The notes: generated from the sequence alone by a model not told the origin. Shown: positions 48,420-60,788, counted from the first letter of the stretch. The stretch is 64,000 nucleotides of DNA from an uncultured delta proteobacterium (GCA_963798485.1 CAWCTR010000007.1:32001-96000), one strand, 5' to 3'. Made by a program: numbers and translations.

Positions 48420-51080
48420 CTAAGAGTACAACCGAATCTCGCTTGACGTTCCACCCGCGGCAGGAATGTAGCACTTCTGCGTGTAATCCATCACCATGCG
48501 GTCGGCATTGAAGCGCCATCCTAGCGTGCGAATGGTCCGCTTCATCCGTTTGATCCAGCCACGCGGCAGCCCGTCCCGGTCGCGCTGGTAGAAGAGCGGA
48601 ATCACTTCGTCGTGCAGCACCCGGTAAAGATCTTCTCCATCGCGGCTGTCGTGGACATCCATGTTTGAGTGGGTTCTGCCTCCCCCGATGGCAAAGCCGT
48701 TCAAGCCGTCATAGGCTTCCGCCCACCAGCCATCGAGAACTGATAGGTTCAAGCCTCCATTGAGCACAACTTTTTGTCCGCTCGTGCCCGAGGCCTCCAG
48801 CGGCCTCCTTGGATTGTTCAGCCACACGTCCACGCCCTGCACCAGGTAGCGGCCCACGTTGATGTCGTAGTCCTCAATGAAAACCAGCTTGGTCTGGAAC
48901 TTCGAGTCGCGCATCAACTCCGCAATCTGCTGCAGCACGCGCTTGCCCGGTTCGTCATGTGGATGCGCCTTACCGGCAAACAGAAACTGCACCGGCCGCT
49001 TGGGATCGTTCACCATCGAGACAAGCAGTTCAATATCGCTCAGCACCAGGTTGGCTCGCTTATAGGTGGCAAATCGCCGCGCAAATCCGATAGTCAAGGC
49101 GTCGGGCGAAAGAATCTTGCTCAGCTTCTGCAGCGACTCGGCCGGCTCCTTGCGGCGTTCCGCCTGTTCCTTTGCCCGCCGCCGCGCAAAATCGATCAGC
49201 TGTGCCTTCAGGCTCAGGTGCGTCTCCCACAATTCGCCGTCCTCAACGGTCTCAATCTTTTCCCAGGTCTTTGGCCAACTGCTGTGATGCTGCCAGCCGA
49301 CCCCCAGATGTCGATCGTAGAGTCGGCACATCTGCGGCGCCAACCACGAGGGTACGTGAACTCCATTGGTGATGTGACCGATGGGCACGGCGTCTTCAGG
49401 ACGGCCCGGATAAAGGCACTTCCACATGGCTCTCGAAACTTCTCCATGCAGCGACGAAACGGCATTCACGCGCCGCGCCAGCTTAAGGCCAAGCACCGTC
49501 ATGCAGAAGCTCTCTCCATAGTCGGTGGGATACTCTCGGCCGAAGCCCATCATATTTTCATGAGAAATGCCGAGCTGATCGCGCAGCGGGCCCAGGTGCT
49601 CTTCCATTAGGTCCGCACTGAAGCGGTCGTGACCCGCAGGCACCGGTGTGTGCGTGGTAAAAATCACTTCGCGCGGAATCAGGCTGGCGGCCGTAGCAAA
49701 GTCGAGGCCCTCCTCCACCATGCGATCGCGGATTGCTTCGAACACCACAAATCCGCTGTGTCCCTCATTCAAATGCAGCACGCCGGGCGCAATGCCCATG
49801 GCCTTCAAAGCGCGGAAGCCGCCGATGCCAAGCAGCAGTTCCTGGCGGATGCGCGTCCGCGCGTCCCCGCCATACAGCCGCGATGTGGTCTGCAGATCTT
49901 CAGGCGCGTTGCCGGCCACGTTCGAGTCCAGCAGGAACAGGTCGCACCGGCCAACCTTCATGCGCCACACCTTGGCCCGGATGATCCCGCTCCTGGTCGC
50001 AATCTCCACCACCACCGGTTCGCCGTTCGCCCCGATCGCCGGCTGCATCGGCAACTTGTGCACATCGGTTTCCACGTACTCTTCGCGCTGCCAGCCCGTC
50101 TCGTCCAGCCGCTGCAGAAAGTATCCCTGCCCGTAAAACAAGCCGACGCCAATCAGCGGAATCCCCAGGTCAGACGCGCTCTTGATGTGGTCGCCGGACA
50201 GCACGCCCAGCCCGCCCGAGTAAATAGGCAGCGACTCGTGCATCCCGAACTCAGCTGAAAAATAAGCAATCGGGCGAGGGCGCAGAACTCCCGCATTCGC
50301 CGCGCCCCACGTGCGGTCCGCGTTCAGATACTCCTGCTGGCGCCGATACACGTAATTGATTCTGCTGTGAAGCACCAACTCCGCGGCCCGGCGTTCAATC
50401 TCGCCCAACGGCATCTCGCTCAGCAGCGAGATGGGATTCTGATTCAGCTCGCGCCATCGCTTCGGATTCAAATCCCGGAACAGGCTAATGCAGTCATGGT
50501 CCCAGCTCCACCACACGTTATTCGCTAGCGCCCACAGCCGCTCCTGTGCCGGAGCGATAAAGCGTGCCAGCGTGCGCGCCTCACTCACTACCGGCGCCAC
50601 CTGCGCAGCCGCTTCAGACAGCATGTGCACCTCGTTTTCCCGGTAGGCACGCGGATCCTTGGTTTGCACCACAAGAACCCCCTGAAGCACGCCATGGTGG
50701 ATTAAGGGAACGCCGAGAAACGAATGGTACTGGTCTTCGCCGGACTCGCTGAAGTATTTGAAGCGGGGATGGTTTCTTACATCGTCGACCGCAACCGGCA
50801 TCACCTGCTCGGCCACCAGGCCTGAAAGCCCTTCATTCAACGGCATGCGCAATGTGCCGATGCTCTTGGGGTGCAGGCCGAGCGTCGCTGCCAATACGAG
50901 GTTCGATCGATCCGGCTCAAGCAGGTAGGCCGAGCACACATCGGTTCTGAACCGCTTGGCAATCAGCGCGACCACATTCATCAGGGTGTCGGCGGGCTTT
51001 CCCCCTTCCGCGGCAAGGTTTGAAATCTCCTCAACAGTCAAAACAAGATTGGCGTCGTTTGCCTCGTAGGGTTCAGTCAT
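48420..51080 (-). CDS. glgP: alpha-glucan (glycogen/maltodextrin) phosphorylase with N-terminal PtsP-like GAF domain
   Basis: uninterrupted 886-aa ORF; residues ~12-165 GAF; then LANNVWWSW, YFSAEFG, YSGGLG, HLNEGH, GFARRFATYKR, EASGTSGQK. Confidence 0.93.
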   Translation of the reverse strand: MTEPYEANDANLVLTVEEISNLAAEGGKPADTLMNVVALIAKRFRTDVCSAYLLEPDRSNLVLAATLGLHPKSIGTLRMPLNEGLSGLVAEQVMPVAVDDVRNHPRFKYFSESGEDQYHSFLGVPLIHHGVLQGVLVVQTKDPRAYRENEVHMLSEAAAQVAPVVSEARTLARFIAPAQERLWALANNVWWSWDHDCISLFRDLNPKRWRELNQNPISLLSEMPLGEIERRAAELVLHSRINYVYRRQQEYLNADRTWGAANAGVLRPRPIAYFSAEFGMHESLPIYSGGLGVLSGDHIKSASDLGIPLIGVGLFYGQGYFLQRLDETGWQREEYVETDVHKLPMQPAIGANGEPVVVEIATRSGIIRAKVWRMKVGRCDLFLLDSNVAGNAPEDLQTTSRLYGGDARTRIRQELLLGIGGFRALKAMGIAPGVLHLNEGHSGFVVFEAIRDRMVEEGLDFATAASLIPREVIFTTHTPVPAGHDRFSADLMEEHLGPLRDQLGISHENMMGFGREYPTDYGESFCMTVLGLKLARRVNAVSSLHGEVSRAMWKCLYPGRPEDAVPIGHITNGVHVPSWLAPQMCRLYDRHLGVGWQHHSSWPKTWEKIETVEDGELWETHLSLKAQLIDFARRRAKEQAERRKEPAESLQKLSKILSPDALTIGFARRFATYKRANLVLSDIELLVSMVNDPKRPVQFLFAGKAHPHDEPGKRVLQQIAELMRDSKFQTKLVFIEDYDINVGRYLVQGVDVWLNNPRRPLEASGTSGQKVVLNGGLNLSVLDGWWAEAYDGLNGFAIGGGRTHSNMDVHDSRDGEDLYRVLHDEVIPLFYQRDRDGLPRGWIKRMKRTIRTLGWRFNADRMVMDYTQKCYIPAAGGTSSEIRLYS

Positions 51081-51356
51081 CGGTATGCGCTAGCCTTTCG
51101 AATGAGAAATGAAGTAAACCGCATCGACACGTGTGCCGCGCCGCGACAAGTGTGCAGTGATTCAGGCAATGAAAATGCGAAGTTTAAAGCGGTTAGTGCT
51201 GACTGCTGGGTCTCAGGGAAAAATCCCAAGGTTCGCGGAGCGGGATTATTTCGACAATATCATCAATCCGCCGGAAACAGCGAATCGGTCTCACGCAGCC
51301 AGGTTTGCCGGTGCAGCAATTGCGAGGAATCTCCGGCCTGAAGCGGTCCTTCTTCC

Positions 51357-54300
51357 TCAGTCTCCCGGAGCCTCACCCAGCTCCACGCCGACCTTTTGCA
51401 GCTTCATCACTTTCCACTGCAAACGGTCGAAAAAGAGGTAAACCACCGGTGTGGTAAAGAGCGTGAGCGCCTGTGAAACCAGAAGCCCGCCGACGATGGT
51501 GATGCCTAGCGGCTTGCGCAGCTCTGAGCCGACGCCCATGCCGATTGCCAGCGGCATACCGCCGAAGAGTGCTGCCATCGTCGTCATCATGATGGGGCGG
51601 AAGCGCAGCAGACAGGCCTGATAAATCGCCTCAACCGGTGGCAGTCCCTGCTCGCGCTCGGCCTGGAGCGCGAAATCGATCATCATGATCGCGTTCTTCT
51701 TCACAATGCCGATCAGCAGGATAATGCCGATCAGGGCAATGATGCTCAAATCGGTTCCCGTGATCAGCAACGCGAGAATGGCGCCCGCGCCGGCCGGCGG
51801 CAGCGTGGACAGAATGGTCAGCGGATGGATCAGGCTCTCATAAAGAATGCCAAGCACGATGTAAACGGCCACCAGCGCGGCCAGAATCAGATATGGCTCG
51901 TTTTTCAGCGAGTCCTGAAATGCCTGCGCCGTTCCCTGGAAGCTCGGATGAATCGTCGAAGGCATGCCCATCTCGCGCTGCGCCTGTTCCAGAGCCGTCA
52001 CCGCATCGCCAAGCGCAACGTTGGGAGCCAGATTAAAGGTCAGCGTCACCGCGGGATATTGTCCCTGGTGATTGACCGCCAGCGAAGTGTGGTGGTTTTC
52101 ATAGTGAGCGATGGTTGACAGCGGCACCATTGCGCCGCTCGCCGACTTGATGAAGATGCCGTTCAACGCGTCCGGGCTGCGCTGGTATTGCGGATCCACC
52201 TCCATCACAACAAAATACTGGTTCAGCCCGGTGTACATCGTCGACACTTCCCGCTGGCCAAAAGCGTCGTAAAGCACTGAGTCGATCATTGCGGCCGTAA
52301 TCCCCAGCCTCGAAGCCGTATCCCGGTCGATCACCAGGTTTGTCGCCAGACCCTGGCTTTGCTGATCGGTGGAGACGTCGGCAAGCTGCGGCATCTTCCT
52401 TGCCCGTGCCTCCAGTTGCGGAGCCCAGCGTGTTCAGCTCATTCAGATTCTCGTCTGAAAGCGTGTACTGGTACTGTGCTGAGCTGCCGCGGCCGCCAAC
52501 CTGAATGTCCTGCTGGGCCTGCAGAAAGAGTGTTGCGCCGGGAACGCTGGTCAGCTTGCGCCGCAACCGCGCCACCACCTGGTCGGCTGAGACCCTTCCC
52601 GGCCGATCGCTCAGCGGCTTCAGCGCAAGAAACATGCCGCCTGTGTTGCTGCCGCCGCCGCCGGGCGCCGCCGCCCACAAACGCCGTCACCGATTGCACT
52701 GCCGGATCTTCGATCGTCATCTGCGCCAGTTGCCGTTGCTTTCCTTCATCGCATCGAAGGCAATATCCTGCGCAGCGATCGTCCGTCCGCCCAGCCGCCC
52801 CGTGTCCTGCTGCGGAAAGAAGCCCTTGGGCACGATGATGTAGAGGTAAACGTTCAACGCAGCGGTGCCAACCGCCACACCCAGAATGAGCCACTGGTGG
52901 CGCAGCACCCAGCGCAATCCGGCGTGCGTATTCGTTGTGCAACCAGTTGAAGGCGCTTTCGCTGGCCCGATAGATGCGCCCATGCCGGTTTTCGTCCCGC
53001 GACTTGAGAAAACGGGCGCAAAGCATCGGCGTCGTGGTCAGCGACACCAGCATCGAAACGGCAATCGCCACCGAAAGCGTGACCGCAAACTCGCGAAACA
53101 GCTTGCCCACAATCCCGCCCATCAGCAGGATGGGCGTAAACACGGCGATCAGCGAGGTGCTCATCGAGAGCACGGTAAATCCGATCTCCTTCGACCCCTT
53201 CATCGCGGCTTCATAAGGCTCCATGCCCATTTCCAGGTAGCGCGTGATGTTCTCAATCACCACAATCGCGTCGTCCACCACAAACCCCGTCGCTACGGTC
53301 AGCGCCATCAGCGAGAGATTGTCGATGGTGTAGCCGACCAGGTACATCACGCCGAACGTGCCCAGCAGCGACAAGCGGCACGGCCACTGAGGGAATAATG
53401 GTGGCCCATACCTCGCGCAAAAACATGAAGACCACCAGCACAACCAGCATCACGCTGATCATCAGCGAGATCTCCACATCGTGGACGCTGGAGCGAATGG
53501 TGACGGTGCGGTCCACAGCCACGTTGATCTTGATCGTCGGCGGAATGGCCGCCTGCAGGTGAGGCATCTCGGCCATCACGTTGTCCACGGTCGAGATCAC
53601 GTTCGCGCCTGGAATCTTGAACACCAACAGCATGATCGCGTCTTCAGTTGCCCGGCGGACCTTTGATCGGATTGATGCCGGCCACGCCGCCGTGTCAGAA
53701 TGTTCGACACGCTGTCGGTCACAGTGCCCAGATCGCCCACGCGCACCGCGCGCCGGTCTGCTTGTTATACCCGGCGATGATCGGCGCGTAGTCCTGGGCT
53801 TTGAAGATCTGGTCGTTGTCGTAGATGGCCCAGCGGTTTTGCGCGTCCTGGAATGCGCCTTTTGGCCGATTGGCATTCGCTCCGGACAGCGCCGTGCGCA
53901 CCGCCTCAAGACCAATGCCGTTGTTGGCCAGCTGCATCGGGATTCAGCTCAACGCGCACAGCGGGGCTCGAGCTGCCGCCCACAAACACCTGGCCAACAC
54001 CCTGCGATCTGCGCCATCTTCTGCGCCAGGATCGAGTCGGCCATGTCGTATATCTGCGGCTTCGGCACCACATCCGAGGTCAGCGTCAGGATCAGGATCG
54101 GCGCGTCAGCCGGATTCGCCTTCCGGTAGCTTGGATTCTGTGGCAGGTATGAGGGCAACTGACTGCGCGCCGCGTTGATGGCCGCTTGCACGTCGCGCGC
54201 CGCTGCGTTGATGTCGCGATTGATGTCGAACTGCAGGGTTACGATTGCCGAGCCCAGCGAGCTTGACGAGGTCATCTGGTTCACGCCGGCGATGCGCCCG

Positions 54301-54512
54301 AACTGCCGCTCCAGCGGCGTCGCCACAGCCGATGCCATCGTCTCCGGGCTCGCGCCGGGCAAGCCAGCGCTGGCGCCGATCACCGGAAAATCCACGTCAG
54401 GCAGCGAGGCCACCGGCAGCACCGTGTAGGCCACGGAGCCCGCCAGCAGCAGGGCCAGGCTCAGCAGCGAGGTGGCTACCGGCCGCTTAATGAATGGTGC
54501 GGAAAGATGCAT
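51357..54512 (-). CDS. mdtC: RND efflux permease, MdtC-like; several frameshifts
   Basis: [56 protein letters not shown]. Confidence 0.88.
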
Positions 54513-54524
54513 GGTTCCTGGTCC

Positions 54525-57500
54525 TCAGTCCTTAGTCCGCACTGACCGGCTCGGTTCTCGTAGCCGCGCCAGCAGTTCGCGCGGCTTCAAGCGCTGCGCC
54601 AGCTTGTCGAAGTAGAGATAGACGACCGGCGTGGTAAAGAGCGTGAGCATCTGCGACAAGATCAGGCCGCCGACAATGGTGACGCCCAGCGGCATGCGCA
54701 GCTCGGCGCCCACGCCGCCGCCCAGGGCCAGCGGCAGACCGCCCAGCAGCGCGGCCATGGTGGTCATAATGATCGGCCGGAAGCGCAGCAGGCAGGCCTG
54801 GAAGATCGCGGCCTTCGGCGGTCTTGCCCTCATCGCGCTCGGCCTGCAGCGCAAAGTCGATCATCATGATGGCGTTCTTCTGCACGATGCCGATCAGCAG
54901 AATCATGCCGATCAGCGCAATCACGCTGAAGTCCACGCGCGTGATCAGCAGCGCAAGCAGCGCGCCCACGCCCGCCGACGGCAGCGTGGAAATGATCGTG
55001 ATCGGGTGAATGTAGCTCTCGTAGAGCACGCCCAGCACGATGTAGACGGTGATGAGCGCCGCCAGAATCAGGATCGGTTCGTTGGCCAGCGAAGTCTGGA
55101 AGGCGGCTGCCGTTCCCTGGAAGCTGGCGTTGATGCTGGCCGGCATCTGGATCCGCTGCTCGGCTGCTTTGCACGGCGTTACAGCGTCGCCCAGCGACTT
55201 GCCCGGCGCCAGGTTGAAGCTGACGATGGTTGACGGGAACTGGCCCTGGTGGCCGATCGACAGTTCGGCATGGCCCTGTTCCCAGTGCGCCAACATGGCT
55301 TAGCGGAACCTGCGTGCCGTTGCGCCGACTTGACGTAGAGAGTGTTCAGCGTCGCCGGATCGGTCTGGAAGTTCGCCCCCACTTCCATCACCACGTGGTA
55401 CTGGTTCAGCTGGGTAAAGATGGTCGACACCTGGCGCTGGCCAAACGCGTCGTACAGCGTGTTGTCCACGTCGGCCATGGCAATGCCAAGCCGGGCCGCG
55501 GTGTCGCGATCGATCACAAGCTGCGGCACTCAGCCCCTGGTCCTGCAGATCGCTGGCAACATCGGTCACCACGTTTTCTTTGCTCAGCTCGGTCACCATC
55601 TTGCGGGTGTACGTCGCCAGTTCGTTCTGGTCCGGATCTTCGAGGGCGTATTGGAATTCAGTGCGGCTGACGCGATCTTCCACCGTCAGATCCTGAAGCG
55701 GCTGCAGAAAAAGCTGGATGCCCTCAACTGCATTCACCTTGCTCTGCATGCGCTGAATCACTTCCGTCGCGGAGACCTTGCGCACATCCAGCGGCTTCAG
55801 CGTGATCTGGATGCGTCCCGAGTTCAGCGTGGTGTTGGTGCCGTCCACGCCGATGAACGACGAGACGTTGTCCACGGCCGGATCCTGCAGAACCACGTCG
55901 ACAAGCTTCTGCTGGCGCTGCGCCATGCTGGTAAAGCTCACCGTCTGCGGCGCTTCGGAGATGCCAAGAATCACGCCCGTATCCTGCACCGGGAAGAAGC
56001 CCTTGGGAATCACGATGAACAGAAGTACCGTGGCCACAAAGGTTGAAATCGTCACAATCAGCGTGGCAAAGCGATGGCGCAGAATCACCTGTCAGCGCGC
56101 GCCCATAGGAGGCGATGATCGGCGTTGAAGACCTTCTCTGACCAATGGTAGAAGCGGGTCTGCTTGGCTGTCGCCTTGTCCTGCAGAATGCGCGAGCACA
56201 TCATCGGCGTAAGCGTCAGCGAGACCACCGCCGAAACCAGAATCGTGACCGCCAGCGTGATGGCGAACTCGCGGAACAGCCGCCCCACCACGTCGCTCAT
56301 GAACAGCAGCGGAATGAGCACCGCGATCAGCGAAACGGTCAGCGACATGATGGTGAAGCCGATCTGTTCGCTGCCCTTGAGCGCCGCCTGCATCGGGCTC
56401 ATGCCCTCTTCAATGAAGCGCGAGATGTTCTCGATCATCACGATGGCGTCGTCCACCACAAAGCCGGTGGAGATGGTGAGCGCCATCAGCGTCAGGTTGT
56501 TCAGCGAGTAGCCCAGCAGGTACATCACGCCGAAGGTGCCCACGATCGACAGCGGCACCGCGACCGAAGGAATGATGGTGGCCGCAAGGTTGCGCAGGAA
56601 AAGGAAGATGACCATCACCACCAGGGCGATGGTGAGCATCAGCTCAAATTCCACGTCCCTGACCGAAGCGCGGATGGTCGTGGTGCGGTCGGTAAGCACC
56701 TTCACCTGGACCGAGGCCGGCAGGCTGGCCTGCAACTGCGGCAGCAGCGTGTGGATGCGGTCGACAACGGCAATGATGTTGGCGCCCGGCTGCCGCTGGA
56801 TATTCACGATGACCGCGGGCGTGCGGTCCATCCAGGCGGCCTGCTGGTTGTTCTCAGCGGCATCCACAATCGTCGCCACATCGGAGGCGCGCACCGGGGC
56901 CCCGTTGCGATAGGCAATCACCACCGGCTTGTAATCGGAGCTCGAAAGCAACTGATCGTTCGCGCCGATCGTGTACGACTGGCGGCTGCCGTTCAGTGTT
57001 CCCTTGGCCTGGTCCACATTGGCCGCCGCAATCGCCGTGCGCAGATCCTCAAGGCTCAGGTTGTAGGCCGCCAATTGCGCCGGATTGGCCTGGATGCGCA
57101 CCGACGGCTTTTGCCCGCCCGCAATTGACACCAGCCCAACGCCCGTCACCTGCGAGATCTTCTGCGCCAGGTTGGTGTCGGCCGCGTCTTCAATCTTGTC
57201 CAGCGGCAACGAATCGGAGGTCAGCGCCAGCGTCATGATCGGCGCGTCGGCCGGGTTCACCTTGCTGTAAATGGGTGGATTGGGCAGATCGGATGGCAGA
57301 AAGCTGTTGCCGGCATTGATGGCCGCCTGCACCTCCTGCTCGGCAACATCGATGTTCTCGTCCAGGTTGAATTCGAGCGTAATCACCGAGCCGCCGCCGG
57401 AACTGACTGAAGTCATCTGCTTCAGGCCCGGCATCTGGCCAAACTGCCGCTCCAGCGGCGCCGTCACCGACGAGGACATCACCTCCGGCCCGGCGCCCGG

Positions 57501-57659
57501 ATAGAACGTCAGCACCTGGATGATCGGGTAATCCACCTCAGGCAGAGCGGAAACCGGCAACTGCTCATAGGCGACGCCGCCCGCAAGCAGAATCGCCGCC
57601 ATCAGCAGCGAGGTCGCTACCGGGCGCAGAATAAAGGGCCGGGAAGGACTAAGGCTCAC
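54525..57659 (-). CDS. mdtB: RND efflux permease, MdtB-like; several frameshifts
   Basis: [53 protein letters not shown]; GTG start overlaps the mdtA TGA. Confidence 0.88.
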
Positions 57660-59011
57660 TGCTGCTCCTTGTGTTTGATGTTTCCCTGCCGCCTGTCCGT
57701 TCGCACTGCGCCTGCATTGCTCGCACCCTGACCTTGCCCCTGTCCTGAACTGCGTGCCCGGCGCCCTGGCCTGCCGCCCGCCCGCTGCCGGCTCTGGCTC
57801 ACCGTCACCTGGCGCTCCCTGCCGCAGCCGGTCGGCGCCGTCCACAACCACCTTCTCGCCCGCCGTAACCCCGCTATCCAGAATGGTCACCTGTCCCTGG
57901 GCAAGGGCAACCTTCACCGGCTGCATCTGTGCGGTCGTGGCTCCCTTGGCGTCGGTATTCACCGTCCACACAAACGATCCCTGCAGCCCGTTCTGGATCG
58001 CCGCCGACGGAACCACCAGCGCATTGGGCCGGTCTTCCATCACCAGGTGGATATTCACAAACTGGTTCGGAAACAGCGCCTCGTTCTCGTTGTTGAACAC
58101 CGCTTTCAGCTTGGCGGTGCCGGTCGTCGTGTCGATCTCGTTGTCGGCGGTCAGCAGTTGACCGGTCGCCAGCTTCTGCACATCGCCCTGGTCGTAGGCA
58201 TCCACGGGCATGCGCTTGTCAGCCTTCAGCTTGGCAAGCACCTGCGGCAGCTGATTCTCCGGCAGCGTAAAGTACACCGCGATCGGCCGGAACTGGTTGA
58301 TGATCACAAGGTTAGTCGTGTTCGCCGTGATAATGTTGCCGGGGTCCACCAGCCGCAATCCAATGCGTCCGTTGATGGGCGACTGAATGTAGCACCAGTT
58401 CAATTGCAACTGGGCATTCTCGATCGCCGCCTTGTCTGACTCGATGGCGCCCTGGTACTGGCCCTGCTGGGCCTCGTCGGCATCCATCGTCTCCTTTGAC
58501 ACCACGCCCGCCGCGTAAAGCGCCTTGTAACGGGCATACTCGGCCTGCGCGTTTTTCAGCAGCGCCTCATCGTGGGCCAGCGTGCCTTTGGCCTGGTCCA
58601 GGGCCGCCTGGTAGGGCCTCGGGTCGATCACCATGATGGTCTGGCCCTGCTTCACCTCCTGGCCCTCGGTAAACTTCACGGGCAGCAACTGGCCGCTCAC
58701 CCGCGCCTTCACCGTTACGCTCATGTAGGGCATCACTGTGCCCAGGGCAGTCAGGTAAATGGGCATCGGCTGCTGCGCCACCGGAACCACCTGCACCGGA
58801 ACCGGCCGGTTCATCAGCGCCGCCGCCTGGCTGGTGCTGGCCGCTTCGGCGGCCTGCTGATTCTGGTAGATCCGCCACCCGACGAACGCACAATGCCCCG
58901 ATGACAACGCGTAAATAATCACGCGGATCCAGATTCTTTTTCGGCGAGCGCGGCTCCGCGTGAATTGTCGATTTCGGACTGCTGGGACTCCTGAGTGCCT
59001 TCAATGGACAT
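57656..59011 (-). CDS. mdtA: RND periplasmic adaptor, MdtA-like; frameshifted at both ends
   Basis: [59 protein letters not shown]; start approximate. Confidence 0.88.
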
Positions 59012-59421
59012 GATGTCGTTTCCTGTCGTTTTCCTTTGATTCATGCCCGGAACGGAGGGCGCAAATGCGGACAGGACCCGAAAAAGTCAGACAGTCCGCG
59101 TACGTTTGTAGGGACGAAATAATTTGATCAAAGGTTTCGCCCGCTCCGCAGCCGTGAATGAGCGGCATTTCCTCAAATTCGTATGATCCTGTCACTTCCC
59201 CGAATCAGGACGCGACAATTGTAAGCGAACGAGGTAATCCCGGCACAATGCCGCCCCGGGCGGGGTCGCATTTTGACCATCATGAATTGGATGCTGTTAA
59301 ACTCCTCCGCGTTAGTTCCGGCTGAACCTCAGGTCCAGGGAATACCGCGCCTTGAAACGCTTCGATCACTCCACCGAACAACAATCTGACTGCATCATCG
59401 CCAGAAAGGCAGCGTAAAGCA

Positions 59422-59663
59422 ATGAAAGTGCTCATCTTCGGGGCAAGCGGCATGGTCGGCCAAGGGGTTCTTCGCGAGTGTCTGCTTAGCCCCGACGTTG
59501 AGTTGGTGGCCACCATTGGTCGGACCCCGGCCCCCAGTCCACTGCCCGGGTCGCAGCCAGCCGCCTGGCGCCAGATCCACCATTCCAATCTGAGCGATCT
59601 CACCGGCCTCCGGGCCGAACTTACAGGCTTCGATGCCTGCTTCTTTACGCTTGGCGTCTCGTC
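59422..59663 (+). pseudogene. truncated NAD(P)-dependent epimerase/dehydratase (N-terminal ~80 aa only)
   Basis: MKVLIFGASGMVGQGVLRECL...GFDACFFTLGVSS Rossmann start; family similarity and high GC both end at ~59,663. Confidence 0.8.
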
Positions 59664-60735
59664 AATTGAAACTGACTATCAAACCCGTAATAAACTCCAA
59701 TGGAAGGACGTACAGAAAAAGCTATTCCCATCCGGGACTCCAACAAGGGCGATATGGGAACAGAGAGACATAATTATCGATATTATGCAGCAACTTTCAG
59801 AGACCGATGACCTGAACCATATGTTTCTCCCAACAGGCGGTGGCATGAATTTGCTCGGTGCCAGATGCTCCTACGAAGAAGGCTGTATAGAATTGGATGT
59901 CGGGATGGCAATAATATTGAAACCCAAACGACTTGTTTTTGAATCATTCAATTTTGAGGAAGAATGGAACTACTTTCGACTTGAAACGAGCAGGCTTTCT
60001 CCGAGTGGCTATTATGATGAAGTTACAATTAGGGAAGCATTAACAGAACTGGAACCATTGATCTACACAGATTTCATGTGCTTTGAATTCAATGATTATA
60101 ATGGGCAAGACCTGCCACGAGGAGCCAGACAAATTGATCGAATGCTGGCCGAGGTAAGTTTTGTTATATTTCAAAATTCATCCATGTACAGTAATATTGC
60201 GGCGACATATGATGCTCGGCACAATAAAATGACTACGGATGAATTCAGGACCTACATCGGGAACACAGTGAGACATATCTCCGGCACCATGAATAACATT
60301 CCAGAACAAAGCGAGGCCATAACATTATGTAGACCGTCCTCTTTTAAGTTGAAGCAGAGACTCCTGACAAGCAAAGAGATAGTGTTATTAAGAGACGTAG
60401 CCTCATTGGCAAGGGAACGTAAAGTCGAGGAATTGGAGTTACTTGAAAAATCTGGCATGGGTACCTTTATTGACTTGCTTAATACCGACTTTTTTTCTGC
60501 GCCCCGTCCAAAATCCGATCGCTTGAAAGACTACCTGAGAAACCTTCCCCAAGAACAAATCGTGTTGATAGCCGCTGTCATGTATGGCGGTCGGGAAGGC
60601 ACTCCTCCTCTATGGGGAACACCACTGGACGAGTTAATTATGGACCTTCAGAATCGACCTAATCTCATACTGTCAATTTGCGAAAAACTGCCTCTGGCAG
60701 ACTACATAGAGAGAGGAATCACAATCTATACGTGA
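59664..60735 (+). CDS. AT-rich 3' fragment of a foreign gene: probable Ser/Thr kinase C-terminal region plus DUF3775-like tail
   Basis: NHMFLPTGGG...EWNYFRLE...YDARHNKM..DEFR.YI is recalled from C-termini of bacterial Ser/Thr kinases; tail LKDYLRNL...AAVMYGGR...PLADYIERGI resembles DUF3775; no kinase core is present. Confidence 0.5.
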
Positions 60736-60788
60736 ACGCATCTCCATGGCATCGACCGGACGGTTTACAGAAATAAAAAATTAGAAAT

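Noticed and set aside
56085-58922. Apparent 945-aa MdtA-MdtB fusion ORF
   Set aside because: MdtA's natural end is in ORF 57656-57847, whose TGA overlaps the mdtB GTG at 57659. A frameshift near ~57,815 creates the read-through, so this is most likely an artefact.
59422-60735. Novel epimerase-unknown domain fusion protein
   Set aside because: Both halves are truncated and composition switches sharply at the join. It is better explained as a chimeric junction, reported under findings.
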